From positions 1 to 64,000 of the forward strand of contig JBMORE010000022.1 of NCBI GenBank assembly GCA_049322255.1: a stretch of DNA of 64,000 bases, written 5' to 3'. Shown here piece by piece: positions 10,394-19,422 of the stretch. The position numbers were made by a program, and so were the translations under genes. Position 1 is the stretch's first letter; the number at the start of each line of letters is the position of its first letter. A model generated the notes under the pieces. It was not told the DNA's origin. It was given only the letters and a program-made list of their open reading frames with translations, and did no database searches. This DNA is from Myxococcota bacterium (GTDB lineage Bacteria > Myxococcota > Myxococcia > Myxococcales > Myxococcaceae).

Positions 10394-11592
10394 GTTTCCA
10401 AAGCCCGGGAGGGTTCGAGCGTGCGACGGGCGAGCGGAACCTCGAGGGTGAAGGTGGCGCCCTGCCCAGGAGGCGAGATGGCCTCGATCTTTCCCCCCAG
10501 GCTCTGGAGAATTCCGTAGGAGACGCTCAGGCCGAGTCCCGTTCCGGTGCCGGGACGCTTGGTGGTGAAGAAGGGGTCGAAGATCCGGCTGAGAATCTCC
10601 GGGGGAATACCGGGCCCCGAGTCGGTGATGGCAATGAGGGCGTTGTTCCCCACCGGTCGTGCCGTCACCGTGATGGCTCCTGACGAGTTGCCGATGGCTT
10701 GAACGGCGTTGATGAAGATGTTGACCAGCACCTGGCCGAACCGGTGACGAACCGTGCTCAGCCAGAGCGTTCCCTCCAGCTGCGCTTGAAATTCGACATG
10801 GTGGGCCTTCAAACGGGCGAGCTTCCAGGCGCGATCGATCTCTTCGGCCAGGTTCACCTCTTCGAGGTTTTCTTTGCGTTCCGACGCGAAGTCTCCCAGA
10901 TCCCTGACGATACGCTCGATTCGCTGAACGCCATCCGAGACCTCAGCGCCGATTTGACGCATCTCCGCGATGGTGTGATGCGGCGGCGCCGGCCCCATCG
11001 AAGCCTCGAGCTCATCGACCAGCCCCAGAATCGCGCCAACCCCTGCCTTCATGTATGCCAGCGGGTTGTTGATCTCGTGCGCCACGCCCGACGCCAGCGT
11101 TCCAATCGTGGCGAGCTTCTCGGTTCGGGTGAGCGCGGTCTGGGCTTCCTGCAGCTCCCGGTTCGATCGTTCCAGCTGACGCGTACGCTCTTCGAGGCTC
11201 ACCGTTGCATGACGGAGGCGAAGGAGCGAGTGGACCCGCGCCAACAGCTCTCTGGAGCGAATGGGCTTGCAAAGGAAATCATCGGCGCCCAGCTCGAGGC
11301 CCTTCATCCGCTCCTCCTCGCCCACCTGAGACGTGAGCAAGACGAGCGGAATGGTCGCCAGCTCGGGGCGCTCCCTCAGCTTCTGGCACAGCTCGTAGCC
11401 GTTCATTCCATCCATGACGATGTCGGTGATGATCAGATCTGGATGAAACGTGTCGACCACCGACAGCGCTTCTTCGGCGCTGGTCACACAGAGGCAAGAA
11501 TGCAGTGGCTGCAGCAGGGTTTCGATGAAATGCCGAATGGTCGCTGAGTCGTCGCAGGCGAGGATTCGCCCTGCAAGAGTCTTGGTGGCCAT
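10390..11592 (-). CDS. Receiver-histidine kinase hybrid (cytoplasmic)
   Basis: Receiver (CDDS, TDIVM, KP), H-box [34 protein letters not shown] overlaps upstream TGA. Confidence 0.95.
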   Translation of the reverse strand: MATKTLAGRILACDDSATIRHFIETLLQPLHSCLCVTSAEEALSVVDTFHPDLIITDIVMDGMNGYELCQKLRERPELATIPLVLLTSQVGEEERMKGLELGADDFLCKPIRSRELLARVHSLLRLRHATVSLEERTRQLERSNRELQEAQTALTRTEKLATIGTLASGVAHEINNPLAYMKAGVGAILGLVDELEASMGPAPPHHTIAEMRQIGAEVSDGVQRIERIVRDLGDFASERKENLEEVNLAEEIDRAWKLARLKAHHVEFQAQLEGTLWLSTVRHRFGQVLVNIFINAVQAIGNSSGAITVTARPVGNNALIAITDSGPGIPPEILSRIFDPFFTTKRPGTGTGLGLSVSYGILQSLGGKIEAISPPGQGATFTLEVPLARRTLEPSRALET

Positions 11593-12338
11593 CAAGCCGC
11601 CCCCGCGTGGTGCTCCCCTACCAACCGTAGCACGCCCATCAGCGGGAGCATGGTGATCGGCTTTCTGAAGAACATGGTGTCTTTCTGAAAAAGGTCGCCG
11701 TGCGGCGGGCTTCCCGAGCCGAGCAGGATGACCGGTGTGCGGGCGTGGCGAGAGTCGCTGCGCACCACGTTGAGAAGCTGGCGCACGTGCTCTACCGTCT
11801 CATGGTCGAGATCGACGATGGCGAGGTCGATTCGGCGGTCGCGAATCGTTTTTCGTACCTCAGGCAGGTCGTCTGCACCTATGAGGTCGACTTGCCAGCC
11901 GGTGCTCTTCGAGAGCCTGGCGAAATGGCCAAGGAAGACCGCGCGCATGATGGGTTGGCGCTCGAGCAGAAGAAGGCGCATCGTCCACCGGGGCTGAGGA
12001 CGCGCCGGCGTCGAGGGGCCGGGCTTGAGCTTGACGAGAACGTCTTTCAGGCGGGCTTCGTTCTTCGGGGTGACGCGTTGAAAGGCGAGGCCGACCCCGG
12101 GGTAGGGCGCTTGGAGCTCCGTCGCGCTCCACCGTACCTCTGCGTCCACTTCGAGAGGCTCTGGATCTCCGGGAATCTCGAGCATCAGGCGAAGGTGGGT
12201 ACCTACGGGAGGAGGTGACTCGGTGCGCAAGAAAACCCCGCCGGCGCTCAGGTTCATGACGAGCGAGCTTTCCAGCGGCCCCAAAGCCGCCACGCCCGCT
12301 TTGAGCAACACGTCCATTCTTTCGCTGCGTGGGAGCAT
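11592..12338 (-). CDS. PilZ-domain + atypical receiver protein, copy 1
   Basis: NLSAGGVFL, AEVRW, GVGLAF; receiver-like IDLAIVDLD..FFRKPI; start aligned to copy 2. Confidence 0.88.
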   Translation of the reverse strand: MLPRSERMDVLLKAGVAALGPLESSLVMNLSAGGVFLRTESPPPVGTHLRLMLEIPGDPEPLEVDAEVRWSATELQAPYPGVGLAFQRVTPKNEARLKDVLVKLKPGPSTPARPQPRWTMRLLLLERQPIMRAVFLGHFARLSKSTGWQVDLIGADDLPEVRKTIRDRRIDLAIVDLDHETVEHVRQLLNVVRSDSRHARTPVILLGSGSPPHGDLFQKDTMFFRKPITMLPLMGVLRLVGEHHAGAA

Positions 12339-12469
12339 TGCGGCCGATTCACTGGGCATTCACGGCGCATGCCGAAGAAGGGCTCCCCCAAATGTGAAGC
12401 AAGAATCGTGGGATGGGCAGAAACGGCGTGGGCGAAACGTCGCCGATGGGTCGTTCACGACCTGGCGGT

Positions 12470-12850
12470 TCACCCTGCCGCGGCGGCGCGGGCCAACACC
12501 TGGCGGAGCTTGACTTTGAGGTAGTCCACTTGAACAGGTTTGAGCACAAACCCAGCGCAGCCTAGAGAGCGGCATTCATTGACTTGGTCCACCGCCGTCA
12601 CCGTGGTGACCACCAGAACGGGAATCTTCTTGGTCCGCTCATCGCCTTTGATGGATCGCAGAAGGTCGAGCCCGTCCATCACCGGCATTTCCAGGTCCAC
12701 CACCATCGCATCGGGTGATTGGTCGAACGCCAGCTGGAGCCCTTCTTGACCATTGGAGGCGGCGAGACACTCGAAGTCGCTGCTGAGCTCGCCGACCAGC
12801 TGGGTGCGAATGGTCGTCGAATCGTCCACGATGAGAATCCGCTTTTTCAT
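12470..12850 (-). CDS. Single-domain response regulator (CheY-like)
   Basis: ILIVDDS, VVDLEMPVMDG, LKP. Confidence 0.93.
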   Translation of the reverse strand: MKKRILIVDDSTTIRTQLVGELSSDFECLAASNGQEGLQLAFDQSPDAMVVDLEMPVMDGLDLLRSIKGDERTKKIPVLVVTTVTAVDQVNECRSLGCAGFVLKPVQVDYLKVKLRQVLARAAAAG

Positions 12851-12859
12851 GCGTGCCGC

Positions 12860-13234
12860 CTAGCTTACCTGGGCCAAATGCTTTTGCACCTCAGTGATGA
12901 GCAGATCGGCCAGGTTGGAGCCCTTACTGAATGCGCCTGTTGCCCCACAAGCCTTGGCGCGCTCCTGAAGCTTGGCCGGGCTCATCGTCGAGGCCAGGAG
13001 AATGGGGGGATGCGGCTTGATCGCCTCCGCCAGGTACTCGACCAAGTCGTGCCCCATCAGCTCGGGCATGACTTCGTCGACGATCACCAGGTCGATGCTC
13101 TTGCCTTGCAGGTGGGCGGAGAGCTCGGAAAGGTCCTTGGCCCCGAGGAATATGTACCCGGCCTTCTCTAGACACGCGCGCGCGACATTCAGCACCGTTT
13201 CGCTGTCATCGATGAAGAGGATGGTCTTCGCCAT
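12860..13234 (-). CDS. Single-domain response regulator
   Basis: ILFIDDS, IVDEVMPELMG, FSK. Confidence 0.9.
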   Translation of the reverse strand: MAKTILFIDDSETVLNVARACLEKAGYIFLGAKDLSELSAHLQGKSIDLVIVDEVMPELMGHDLVEYLAEAIKPHPPILLASTMSPAKLQERAKACGATGAFSKGSNLADLLITEVQKHLAQVS

Positions 13235-13980
13235 CAGCTGCCCCCCGCATGGTGCTCCCCCACCAGGCGGAGCACGCCCATCAGCGGGAGCATGGTGATG
13301 GGCTTTCTGAAGAACATGGTGTCTTTCTGAAAAACGTCGCCGCGCGGCGGGTCTCCCGAGCCGAGCAGGATGACCGGGGTGCGGGCGTGGCGAGAGTCGC
13401 TGCGCACCACGTTGAGAAGCTGGCGCACGTGCTCTGCCGTCTCATGGTCGAGATCGACGATGGCGAGGTCGATTCGGCGGTCGCGAATCGTTTTTCGTAC
13501 CTCGGACAGGTCGTCTGCGCCCATGAGGTCGACTTGCCAGCCGGTGCTCTTCGAGAGCCTGGTGAAATGGTTGAGGAAGACCGCGCGCATGATGGGTTGG
13601 CGCTCGAGCAGAAGTAGGCGCATCGTCCACCGGGGCTGAGGACGCGCCGGCGTCGAGGGGCCGGGCTCGAGCTTGACGAGAATGTCTTTTAGGCGCGCTT
13701 CGTTCTTCGGGGTGACGCGTTGAAAGGCGAGGCCGACCCCGGAGTAGGGCGCTTGGAGCTCCGTCGCGCTCCACCGTACCTCGGCGTCCACCTCGAGAGG
13801 CTCCGGATCGCCGGGAATCTCGAGCATCAGGCGAAGCAGGGTACCCACGGGAGGAGGTGACTCCGTGCGCAAGAAAACCCCGCCGGCGCTCAGGTTCATG
13901 ACGAGCGAGCTCTTCAGCGGCCCCAAAGCTGCCTCGCAGGCTTTGAGCAAGACTTCCGTTCTTTCACTGGTTCGGAGCAT
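13234..13980 (-). CDS. PilZ-domain + atypical receiver protein, copy 2
   Basis: RTSER (RxxxR) and NLSAGG (NxSxxG) PilZ motifs; receiver-like C-terminus. Confidence 0.88.
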   Translation of the reverse strand: MLRTSERTEVLLKACEAALGPLKSSLVMNLSAGGVFLRTESPPPVGTLLRLMLEIPGDPEPLEVDAEVRWSATELQAPYSGVGLAFQRVTPKNEARLKDILVKLEPGPSTPARPQPRWTMRLLLLERQPIMRAVFLNHFTRLSKSTGWQVDLMGADDLSEVRKTIRDRRIDLAIVDLDHETAEHVRQLLNVVRSDSRHARTPVILLGSGDPPRGDVFQKDTMFFRKPITMLPLMGVLRLVGEHHAGGS

Positions 13981-14104
13981 TGCGGCTATTCCTCTGCAAA
14001 CCCATTCAACGAAAACCCAGTGTTTTCATTGAATTATCGACTCGAGTCGAGGTGCGCCGATTCGCAGGTGAGCTGCAAACTTACAATGAAACCTGGCTCT
14101 CAGG

Positions 14105-16249
14105 TCAAACCACCGCGAAGTGCGAGCCGAGGCGAAGGGCCGTCAGCGTGCCCGCCTCGTCGAGCAGGTAGAGGTTGAGCTTTCCATCCACCGCGAGGTC
14201 GCAAAGCCCCGAGCCGGCGCGCACCTGGGCGAGCACACGGCCACTTCCAGGCTCCACCGCGCGCACCGTTTCCCCGGCGACCAGAAGCACTCCGCGCGCC
14301 AGCTTTGGGGCCACGGTCGCGCTCAACGCCTCGCCCGCCGCGCCCAGCCGCCATTCGATGCGGCCGTCGCTTTCCACCGCCACCGCTGCTCCCTGCCCGT
14401 CCTGTACCAGCACCGTCGAGCGTGACAGCGCCCAGAGGGAAAGCGGACCTTCCGAGAGGGGCAAGGGCCTGACCCAGACCCCGGTGCCCTTGGCGCTGAG
14501 GCAGACCAACGTCGGCGAAGCATCGACCCGGCCGGCGATCAGCACCCGGCTGGGCATCACCAGCGGGACCGAGGGGGACGACAGCTGAAGCTCCTTCGTC
14601 CAGGCGATGTGGCCAACGTGGGCGTCGGCAACGAACACGGCGGTGCGCTCCCCGCGCGACATCACCGCCACCAACTTCTTGCCCCAGGAGATGGGTGGCG
14701 CAGCGAACGGCAGCGCGCCTTTCATGCGAAAGCGCACCTGCCCATCGCCCACGTCCAGCCCGTAGAGGTAGCCGGAGTCGGTCGACAAGAGGAGCCGGCG
14801 CGCATGCAAGGCCAGGTATCCCCGCTGGGTGCGAGGAGGTACCAGCCGCCACAGCTCGCGGCCGGTGAGCTCGCAAAAGGCGATGACGCCCTGGTGGTTG
14901 GCCGATGCCAAGAGCACCCCGTCTTGGCGGAAAAGCTCGGGCCCCAGCGGCAGGCCGTCGTGGTCTTTGAGCCAGCGGGCGCTCCCTCCCCCTCCGAAGA
15001 AGGCCAGCACCCGGGTCAAGGTGGCGGTGAGCACCTGCCCTGATGTGGCCGCGGCCACCCCGTGGGTCGCCACCCGGCGAAAAGAAAGCTGGCCCTCGGG
15101 GGTGAAGCCACACGCCAGCTGCGGCGAGCTGAAGATCGGCCCGCGAGGCGACAGGAGCAACCTTCCCGGGCCCTCGCCCCCCAAGCTCGATTTCTGCCAC
15201 TTGGGCTCGAAGCGAAGACGGCGCAGCTTGCCCGCGCTCTTCAGCGGACGGCGGTCGACGTTTTTTTTGCGCCTGGCGGGCTGCTCCCCTGCCGCCGGCT
15301 GCACCGCCCCCTTGAGGTGCAACAGCCCCTCGCGGCAGCGCTTGACCAGCTCCACCCAGTAGGGGTTCTTCCGCTGCGCCCGGTTGCGGGTACAGACGGC
15401 GAGGGCGAGCGTTTGGGGCAGCGTCCACATCGCACGGATGAGGGGCTCGAAGTCCGCCTGCTCCACGGTGAGTGAGACGGGGGAGCCCGCGAGGTGGAGT
15501 GTCAAGCGTGCCTCGCCTGCTTCCAGCGCCGCCGCCAGCTCTGCTGCCTGCCGCGACAGCTCGAGCGCGAACAAGAACGGGGGACCGTGCGAGCGCCACA
15601 CCTCCTGCCCTCGAAGCGACAGCCAAAGCTCCCCGTCGAACAACAGGGAGGGCAACGGCCAGTCGGTTTTCGACGTGTAGGCGAGCAAGAGCCCGTCGGA
15701 GTCGTTCAGCTCCAAGCCGAAGGCGGTGGGAAGGGTGGGAGCCAAGCGATGACTCCAACCCTCGCGTGCATCGCCCACGTCGACATGGGCGAAGCGGCCT
15801 CGCTCGAGGCTGACGAGGCGACGCATGAGTGCGCGGTGCCGGCTGTCCTGGAGCAGCTTGGGCGCCACCTCGCAAAGGTCGTTCACATAGCCGCGCGCGC
15901 ACCGTGCCGCCGCGGCAGCCAGCTCGCCCAGCTCCAAACGCAAGGGGGGACGCAGAAGGCGCGCCGGCCGCGTCAGGCTCACCACCCGTACCACCACCTC
16001 CTCGCCCTGCCGGTGCAGCGCCACCTCGAGGTACGCCTCGGTGAGGGAAAGCGCCGCGGTGGGGCGGCCCTCGACCGCCAAAGCGTGCAGCGCCGCCACC
16101 AGCTCGGGCACCACTTTGCCGAGCGGCTCTTCGTTGGCCCCGGGGAAGAGCTCGATTCCGTCGAGCTCCAGACCCAGCGAATCCACTGGCGCTGCCGCCC
16201 GTTCTCGCTTCCAGCTCTGCCCGATGCGAAAGCGAATCATGGTCGCCAA
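14105..16249 (-). CDS. PQQ-like beta-propeller repeat protein
   Basis: C-terminal repeats such as TGRELWR, LYGLDVGDGQVRFR, DGRIEWR. Confidence 0.8.
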   Translation of the reverse strand: MATMIRFRIGQSWKRERAAAPVDSLGLELDGIELFPGANEEPLGKVVPELVAALHALAVEGRPTAALSLTEAYLEVALHRQGEEVVVRVVSLTRPARLLRPPLRLELGELAAAAARCARGYVNDLCEVAPKLLQDSRHRALMRRLVSLERGRFAHVDVGDAREGWSHRLAPTLPTAFGLELNDSDGLLLAYTSKTDWPLPSLLFDGELWLSLRGQEVWRSHGPPFLFALELSRQAAELAAALEAGEARLTLHLAGSPVSLTVEQADFEPLIRAMWTLPQTLALAVCTRNRAQRKNPYWVELVKRCREGLLHLKGAVQPAAGEQPARRKKNVDRRPLKSAGKLRRLRFEPKWQKSSLGGEGPGRLLLSPRGPIFSSPQLACGFTPEGQLSFRRVATHGVAAATSGQVLTATLTRVLAFFGGGGSARWLKDHDGLPLGPELFRQDGVLLASANHQGVIAFCELTGRELWRLVPPRTQRGYLALHARRLLLSTDSGYLYGLDVGDGQVRFRMKGALPFAAPPISWGKKLVAVMSRGERTAVFVADAHVGHIAWTKELQLSSPSVPLVMPSRVLIAGRVDASPTLVCLSAKGTGVWVRPLPLSEGPLSLWALSRSTVLVQDGQGAAVAVESDGRIEWRLGAAGEALSATVAPKLARGVLLVAGETVRAVEPGSGRVLAQVRAGSGLCDLAVDGKLNLYLLDEAGTLTALRLGSHFAVV

Positions 16250-16267
16250 GGCCTTATAGAACCTTCG

Positions 16268-16297
16268 TTGACAAGGCAGTTGGGCGATCGCTATGGT
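16268..16297 (+). promoter_or_regulatory. Sigma70-like promoter for the operon starting at 16353
   Basis: TTGACA-N18-TATGGT. Confidence 0.55.
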
Positions 16298-16352
16298 CCG
16301 CGTCCCGTTGCGACATTTCTTCGCAACCTTTTGGATTCACTAGGAATTTCCT

Positions 16353-17999
16353 ATGACCTTTTATGAAGCCGCGCTCCGCGTGCTGCAGAGCGCCGGCCAC
16401 CCTCTCCATGTGGGGGAGATCACCGAGCGGTCGATCAAAGAAAACCTCCTCTCCCACGTGGGGAAGACCCCCGAGCAGACGATGCTTTCCCGGTTGGCGG
16501 CGATGGCCAAGCGCCCGCGCGATCGACGGGTCATCGTCACCGCCAAAGACACCTTCGCTCTCTCCGACTGGCAGCTGCCTGAAGACCCGGCGGCGCTGGC
16601 CCAGACCGGGGTTCTCGAGCCGCACCCGGAGGAGGAGCTGCCCCCCTTGCGCCCGGTGGAACGCCACCCGGAGCCCCGCGGGGACAACGTGCGCTCGGCC
16701 GGCCGCGGGGAGAAGCGGCGCCGGGACGAGGAGGAGCGTGGCCGGCGCCGGCGCTTCCCGCCCATCTCCGAGGTGGTGTTCGAGGTCTTGAGCGAAGCGG
16801 GCGAGGGTTTGCGGCCCGAGGAGATCGCCGAGCGGGCCCGCCGCCGCGAACTGGCCAGCGACGAGCTTTCCAACGAGCAGATTCTCACCGCGCTGCTCGA
16901 GGACAACCAGCGGCGCATCGATGTGGGGCGGCGGCCGCAGTTTTTGCTCGACAAAGAAAACGGCCGAATCTCCCTGGAACGCGCGGGGCAGCCCTCGGAG
17001 GCGCCTCCGCTGGAGCTGCAGGCGGCGTTCGCTGCCGCGCTGGGCATTCCGCTCGAGGGTGGGCGGCCGGTGCTGCCGCGGCGCGAGGAGCGGCTCGCCG
17101 ACGGCGGCTACCCGGAGAAGCTCTCGGCGGCCAAGGCCGCGGTCAAGGAGGCGCGCCGCGCGATGGCGTCGGCCCTGCGCCGGCGATTGGCCGACCTCGA
17201 CGGGGGCACCTTCGAAAAGTCGGTGGTGCGGGTGATGCAGGCGCTCTCTTTCAGGGAAATCAAGGTCGCCAAGCGCACCAAGGACGGCCCCCTGCTCACC
17301 GCCCGCCGCAAGGAGGGCAGTGTGGAGCTGCGCTACGCGGTGCGCACCCACAAAGGCGCAGGCGCCGTCGACCGCCGCATGGTGCAGGAGCTGCGGCGCG
17401 ACCTGGGCCACTACTCGGCCCAGCTGGGTCTTTTGTGCTGCCCCGGCGACGTACGGGGCGACGCCAAGAGCGAGGCGGTGGGCGGCGGGTCGCTGGTGTT
17501 CTTGTGGTGCGGCGACGCGCTGGGCGAGAAGTTCCTCGAGGCGGGCTGCGGGGTGAGTCGCCAAGAGGTGGCACTGTTCGAGATGGACGAGCGCTTCTTC
17601 GAGCAGGCGCGCATCGATGCCGAGGAGGCACGCGCTCGCCGCGAAGAACGCCATCGCGAGCGGGAGCAAGGCCGCCTCGAGACCGCCGGGGGAGCGCCGA
17701 TGTCCCCCGAGGGTGCACCGACGGCGCCCGCACCGGTCGAGGAGGAGGGGGCTGGTGGAGAAGAGGGCGAGGAGGGTGACGAGGATCTGGAGGCCGCCAG
17801 CGCGTTCGTGAACGAGCGTGCTCCACACACCGGTGAAGGGGCTTTGCAGCCGGGTGGGCGTCGCCGCCGTCGACGTCGCCGGGGCCGCCGCGGGCGTCGT
17901 CCGCTCGAGGGGGGCGTGCCTGGGCAGGCGGAACCGGTGGCGGCTCCGATGGAAGGTGGCGCCGCGCCACCCGCGTCACCCCCGGAGCCGACGGAGTGA
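16353..17999 (+). CDS. HARE-HTH (HB1/ASXL) domain protein with degenerate Mrr-like nuclease fold
   Basis: MTFYEAALRVL..PLHVGEI..GKTPEQTM; second wHTH-like segment; FEKSVVRVMQALSF Mrr-like start; acidic and poly-Arg tail. Confidence 0.75.
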   Translation: MTFYEAALRVLQSAGHPLHVGEITERSIKENLLSHVGKTPEQTMLSRLAAMAKRPRDRRVIVTAKDTFALSDWQLPEDPAALAQTGVLEPHPEEELPPLRPVERHPEPRGDNVRSAGRGEKRRRDEEERGRRRRFPPISEVVFEVLSEAGEGLRPEEIAERARRRELASDELSNEQILTALLEDNQRRIDVGRRPQFLLDKENGRISLERAGQPSEAPPLELQAAFAAALGIPLEGGRPVLPRREERLADGGYPEKLSAAKAAVKEARRAMASALRRRLADLDGGTFEKSVVRVMQALSFREIKVAKRTKDGPLLTARRKEGSVELRYAVRTHKGAGAVDRRMVQELRRDLGHYSAQLGLLCCPGDVRGDAKSEAVGGGSLVFLWCGDALGEKFLEAGCGVSRQEVALFEMDERFFEQARIDAEEARARREERHREREQGRLETAGGAPMSPEGAPTAPAPVEEEGAGGEEGEEGDEDLEAASAFVNERAPHTGEGALQPGGRRRRRRRRGRRGRRPLEGGVPGQAEPVAAPMEGGAAPPASPPEPTE

Positions 18000-18859
18000 G
18001 GTGGCTGGTCGGCGCGCTGATGCTCGCCGGGTGCAGCCAAGCCGGTTCCAAGCACTACCTCGAGCGCATCGAGGTCGAGCGTCAAGCCGCGGACGAGCAG
18101 GGCGTGGCAACGCTCGACCCTGCGGAGGTGAAGGCCCAGCTCGTCGGGCGCTTTCGCGCGCACGGCCGCTTCGTGGTGCTCGAGCCGAAGCAGAAGGCGC
18201 CGCGGGAGGTGGCGCTCGCCCGGGTGAGCCTGTCGCTGGACTTCGTTCGCGAAGTTCCCAGGGAAGACAATGATGGCAGCGACGCCGAAGTGGGAGGCAC
18301 GTTGGTCGTGCGCCCGCGTGGAGAGAGCCTGGCGCGGTATGAAGTCTCCGGGCGGGGAACAGCGCGCGTCTTGGGCGAGGGGACGAAGGAGCAAAAGAAG
18401 GCGCGGCGGGTCGCGCTGGAGCGCGCCCTCACGCAGATCGTGGAGGCGACGCACCTGTTGCTGATGGCGACGCAGAAGAAGGACCAAGAGCTGGTGAAAG
18501 ACCTCGAGGCGAACGACGCGCGGGTGCGCGCGGTTTCCTTGCGGGTGCTGACGGAGCGGAAAAACCCCGCAGCGGCGGCCGCGCTTCGAGAAAAACTGAC
18601 CAGCTCCGACGGTGAGGAAGTGCGAGCGGCGATCGGCGGGTTGGTGGAGCTGCGGGCGACCGAGGCGGTACCGGAGATGATCGACCTGGCGCGCAACAAG
18701 GACCCGATGTTCCTTCAGGAGATTATTTTCGCCCTCGCGGCGATCGGCGGCGACGAGGCGCAAGCTTACCTGTATACGGTGGCCCAGGGACACGACCAAC
18801 CTTCGGTGCAGGCGGCGGCGAAGCAGGCGCTGGAGGAGCTCTCCCGGAGCGGGAAATGA
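17996..18859 (+). CDS. HEAT-repeat lipoprotein
   Basis: Lipobox LAGC; HEAT-like repeats (DARVRAVSL, EEVRAAIGGL, VQAAAKQAL). Confidence 0.8.
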   Translation: MRWLVGALMLAGCSQAGSKHYLERIEVERQAADEQGVATLDPAEVKAQLVGRFRAHGRFVVLEPKQKAPREVALARVSLSLDFVREVPREDNDGSDAEVGGTLVVRPRGESLARYEVSGRGTARVLGEGTKEQKKARRVALERALTQIVEATHLLLMATQKKDQELVKDLEANDARVRAVSLRVLTERKNPAAAAALREKLTSSDGEEVRAAIGGLVELRATEAVPEMIDLARNKDPMFLQEIIFALAAIGGDEAQAYLYTVAQGHDQPSVQAAAKQALEELSRSGK

Positions 18860-19422
18860 CGATGCGAAAGCTGATGGTGGCGGCAGTCTTCGCGGGACTC
18901 GCGGTGGGTTGTGCCAAGCGGGTGGCGGCGCAAGGGACCTCCCCACACGACGCGGCCGCCTACTTCCCGCTGGCGGTGGGTAACCGCTGGACCTATGCGA
19001 CCCAGTTCTTGGGACAGCAAGTGGAAGAGAAGGTCGAGATCGTCCAAAAAGACGGCGGGTACTACGTCGACAACCAAGGGAATCGGATCACCGTCGACGC
19101 ATATGGAGTGCGCGACGAGAAGCGCTATTTGCTTCGCGAGCCGGTCGAGGTGGGCCGCGCCTGGAGCAACGTGGTTTCGGTGCAGTCAGCCGAGCACTAC
19201 CGGGTGCTCCAAGTCGGTCAGGAGTGTGCTTCCCCCGCGGGCAAGTTCGTCGGCTGCGTGAGAGTGGAGGGGCGCAACCGCGTCAAGGAGGGCACGACGC
19301 TGGTGAACGAGCTCACCTTCGCTCCCAAAGTCGGGCTGGTGAGCATGGTGGTCGTCCTCGAAGAGAACGGCAAGCGCGTACCGCAGACCCGGCGCGAGCT
19401 GACCCGGTTCGAGCTCAAGTGA
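18856..19422 (+). CDS. Hypothetical lipoprotein
   Basis: Lipobox LAVGC; YFPLAVGNRWTY, PAGKF..C, FAPKVGLV. Confidence 0.8.
   Translation: MTMRKLMVAAVFAGLAVGCAKRVAAQGTSPHDAAAYFPLAVGNRWTYATQFLGQQVEEKVEIVQKDGGYYVDNQGNRITVDAYGVRDEKRYLLREPVEVGRAWSNVVSVQSAEHYRVLQVGQECASPAGKFVGCVRVEGRNRVKEGTTLVNELTFAPKVGLVSMVVVLEENGKRVPQTRRELTRFELK

Larger units (their letters stand above)
11592..13990. repeat. Direct duplication of a 747-bp PilZ-receiver gene (11592-12338 and 13234-13980)
   Basis: Long identical nucleotide runs; 21 differences in 248 aa by manual alignment. Confidence 0.95.

Noticed and set aside
14100..15902. 600-aa Arg/Pro/Ala-rich ORF
   Set aside because: Alternative frame inside the beta-propeller gene
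16353..17999. Active Mrr-type restriction system
   Set aside because: Catalytic motif appears degenerate and the context is a housekeeping operon
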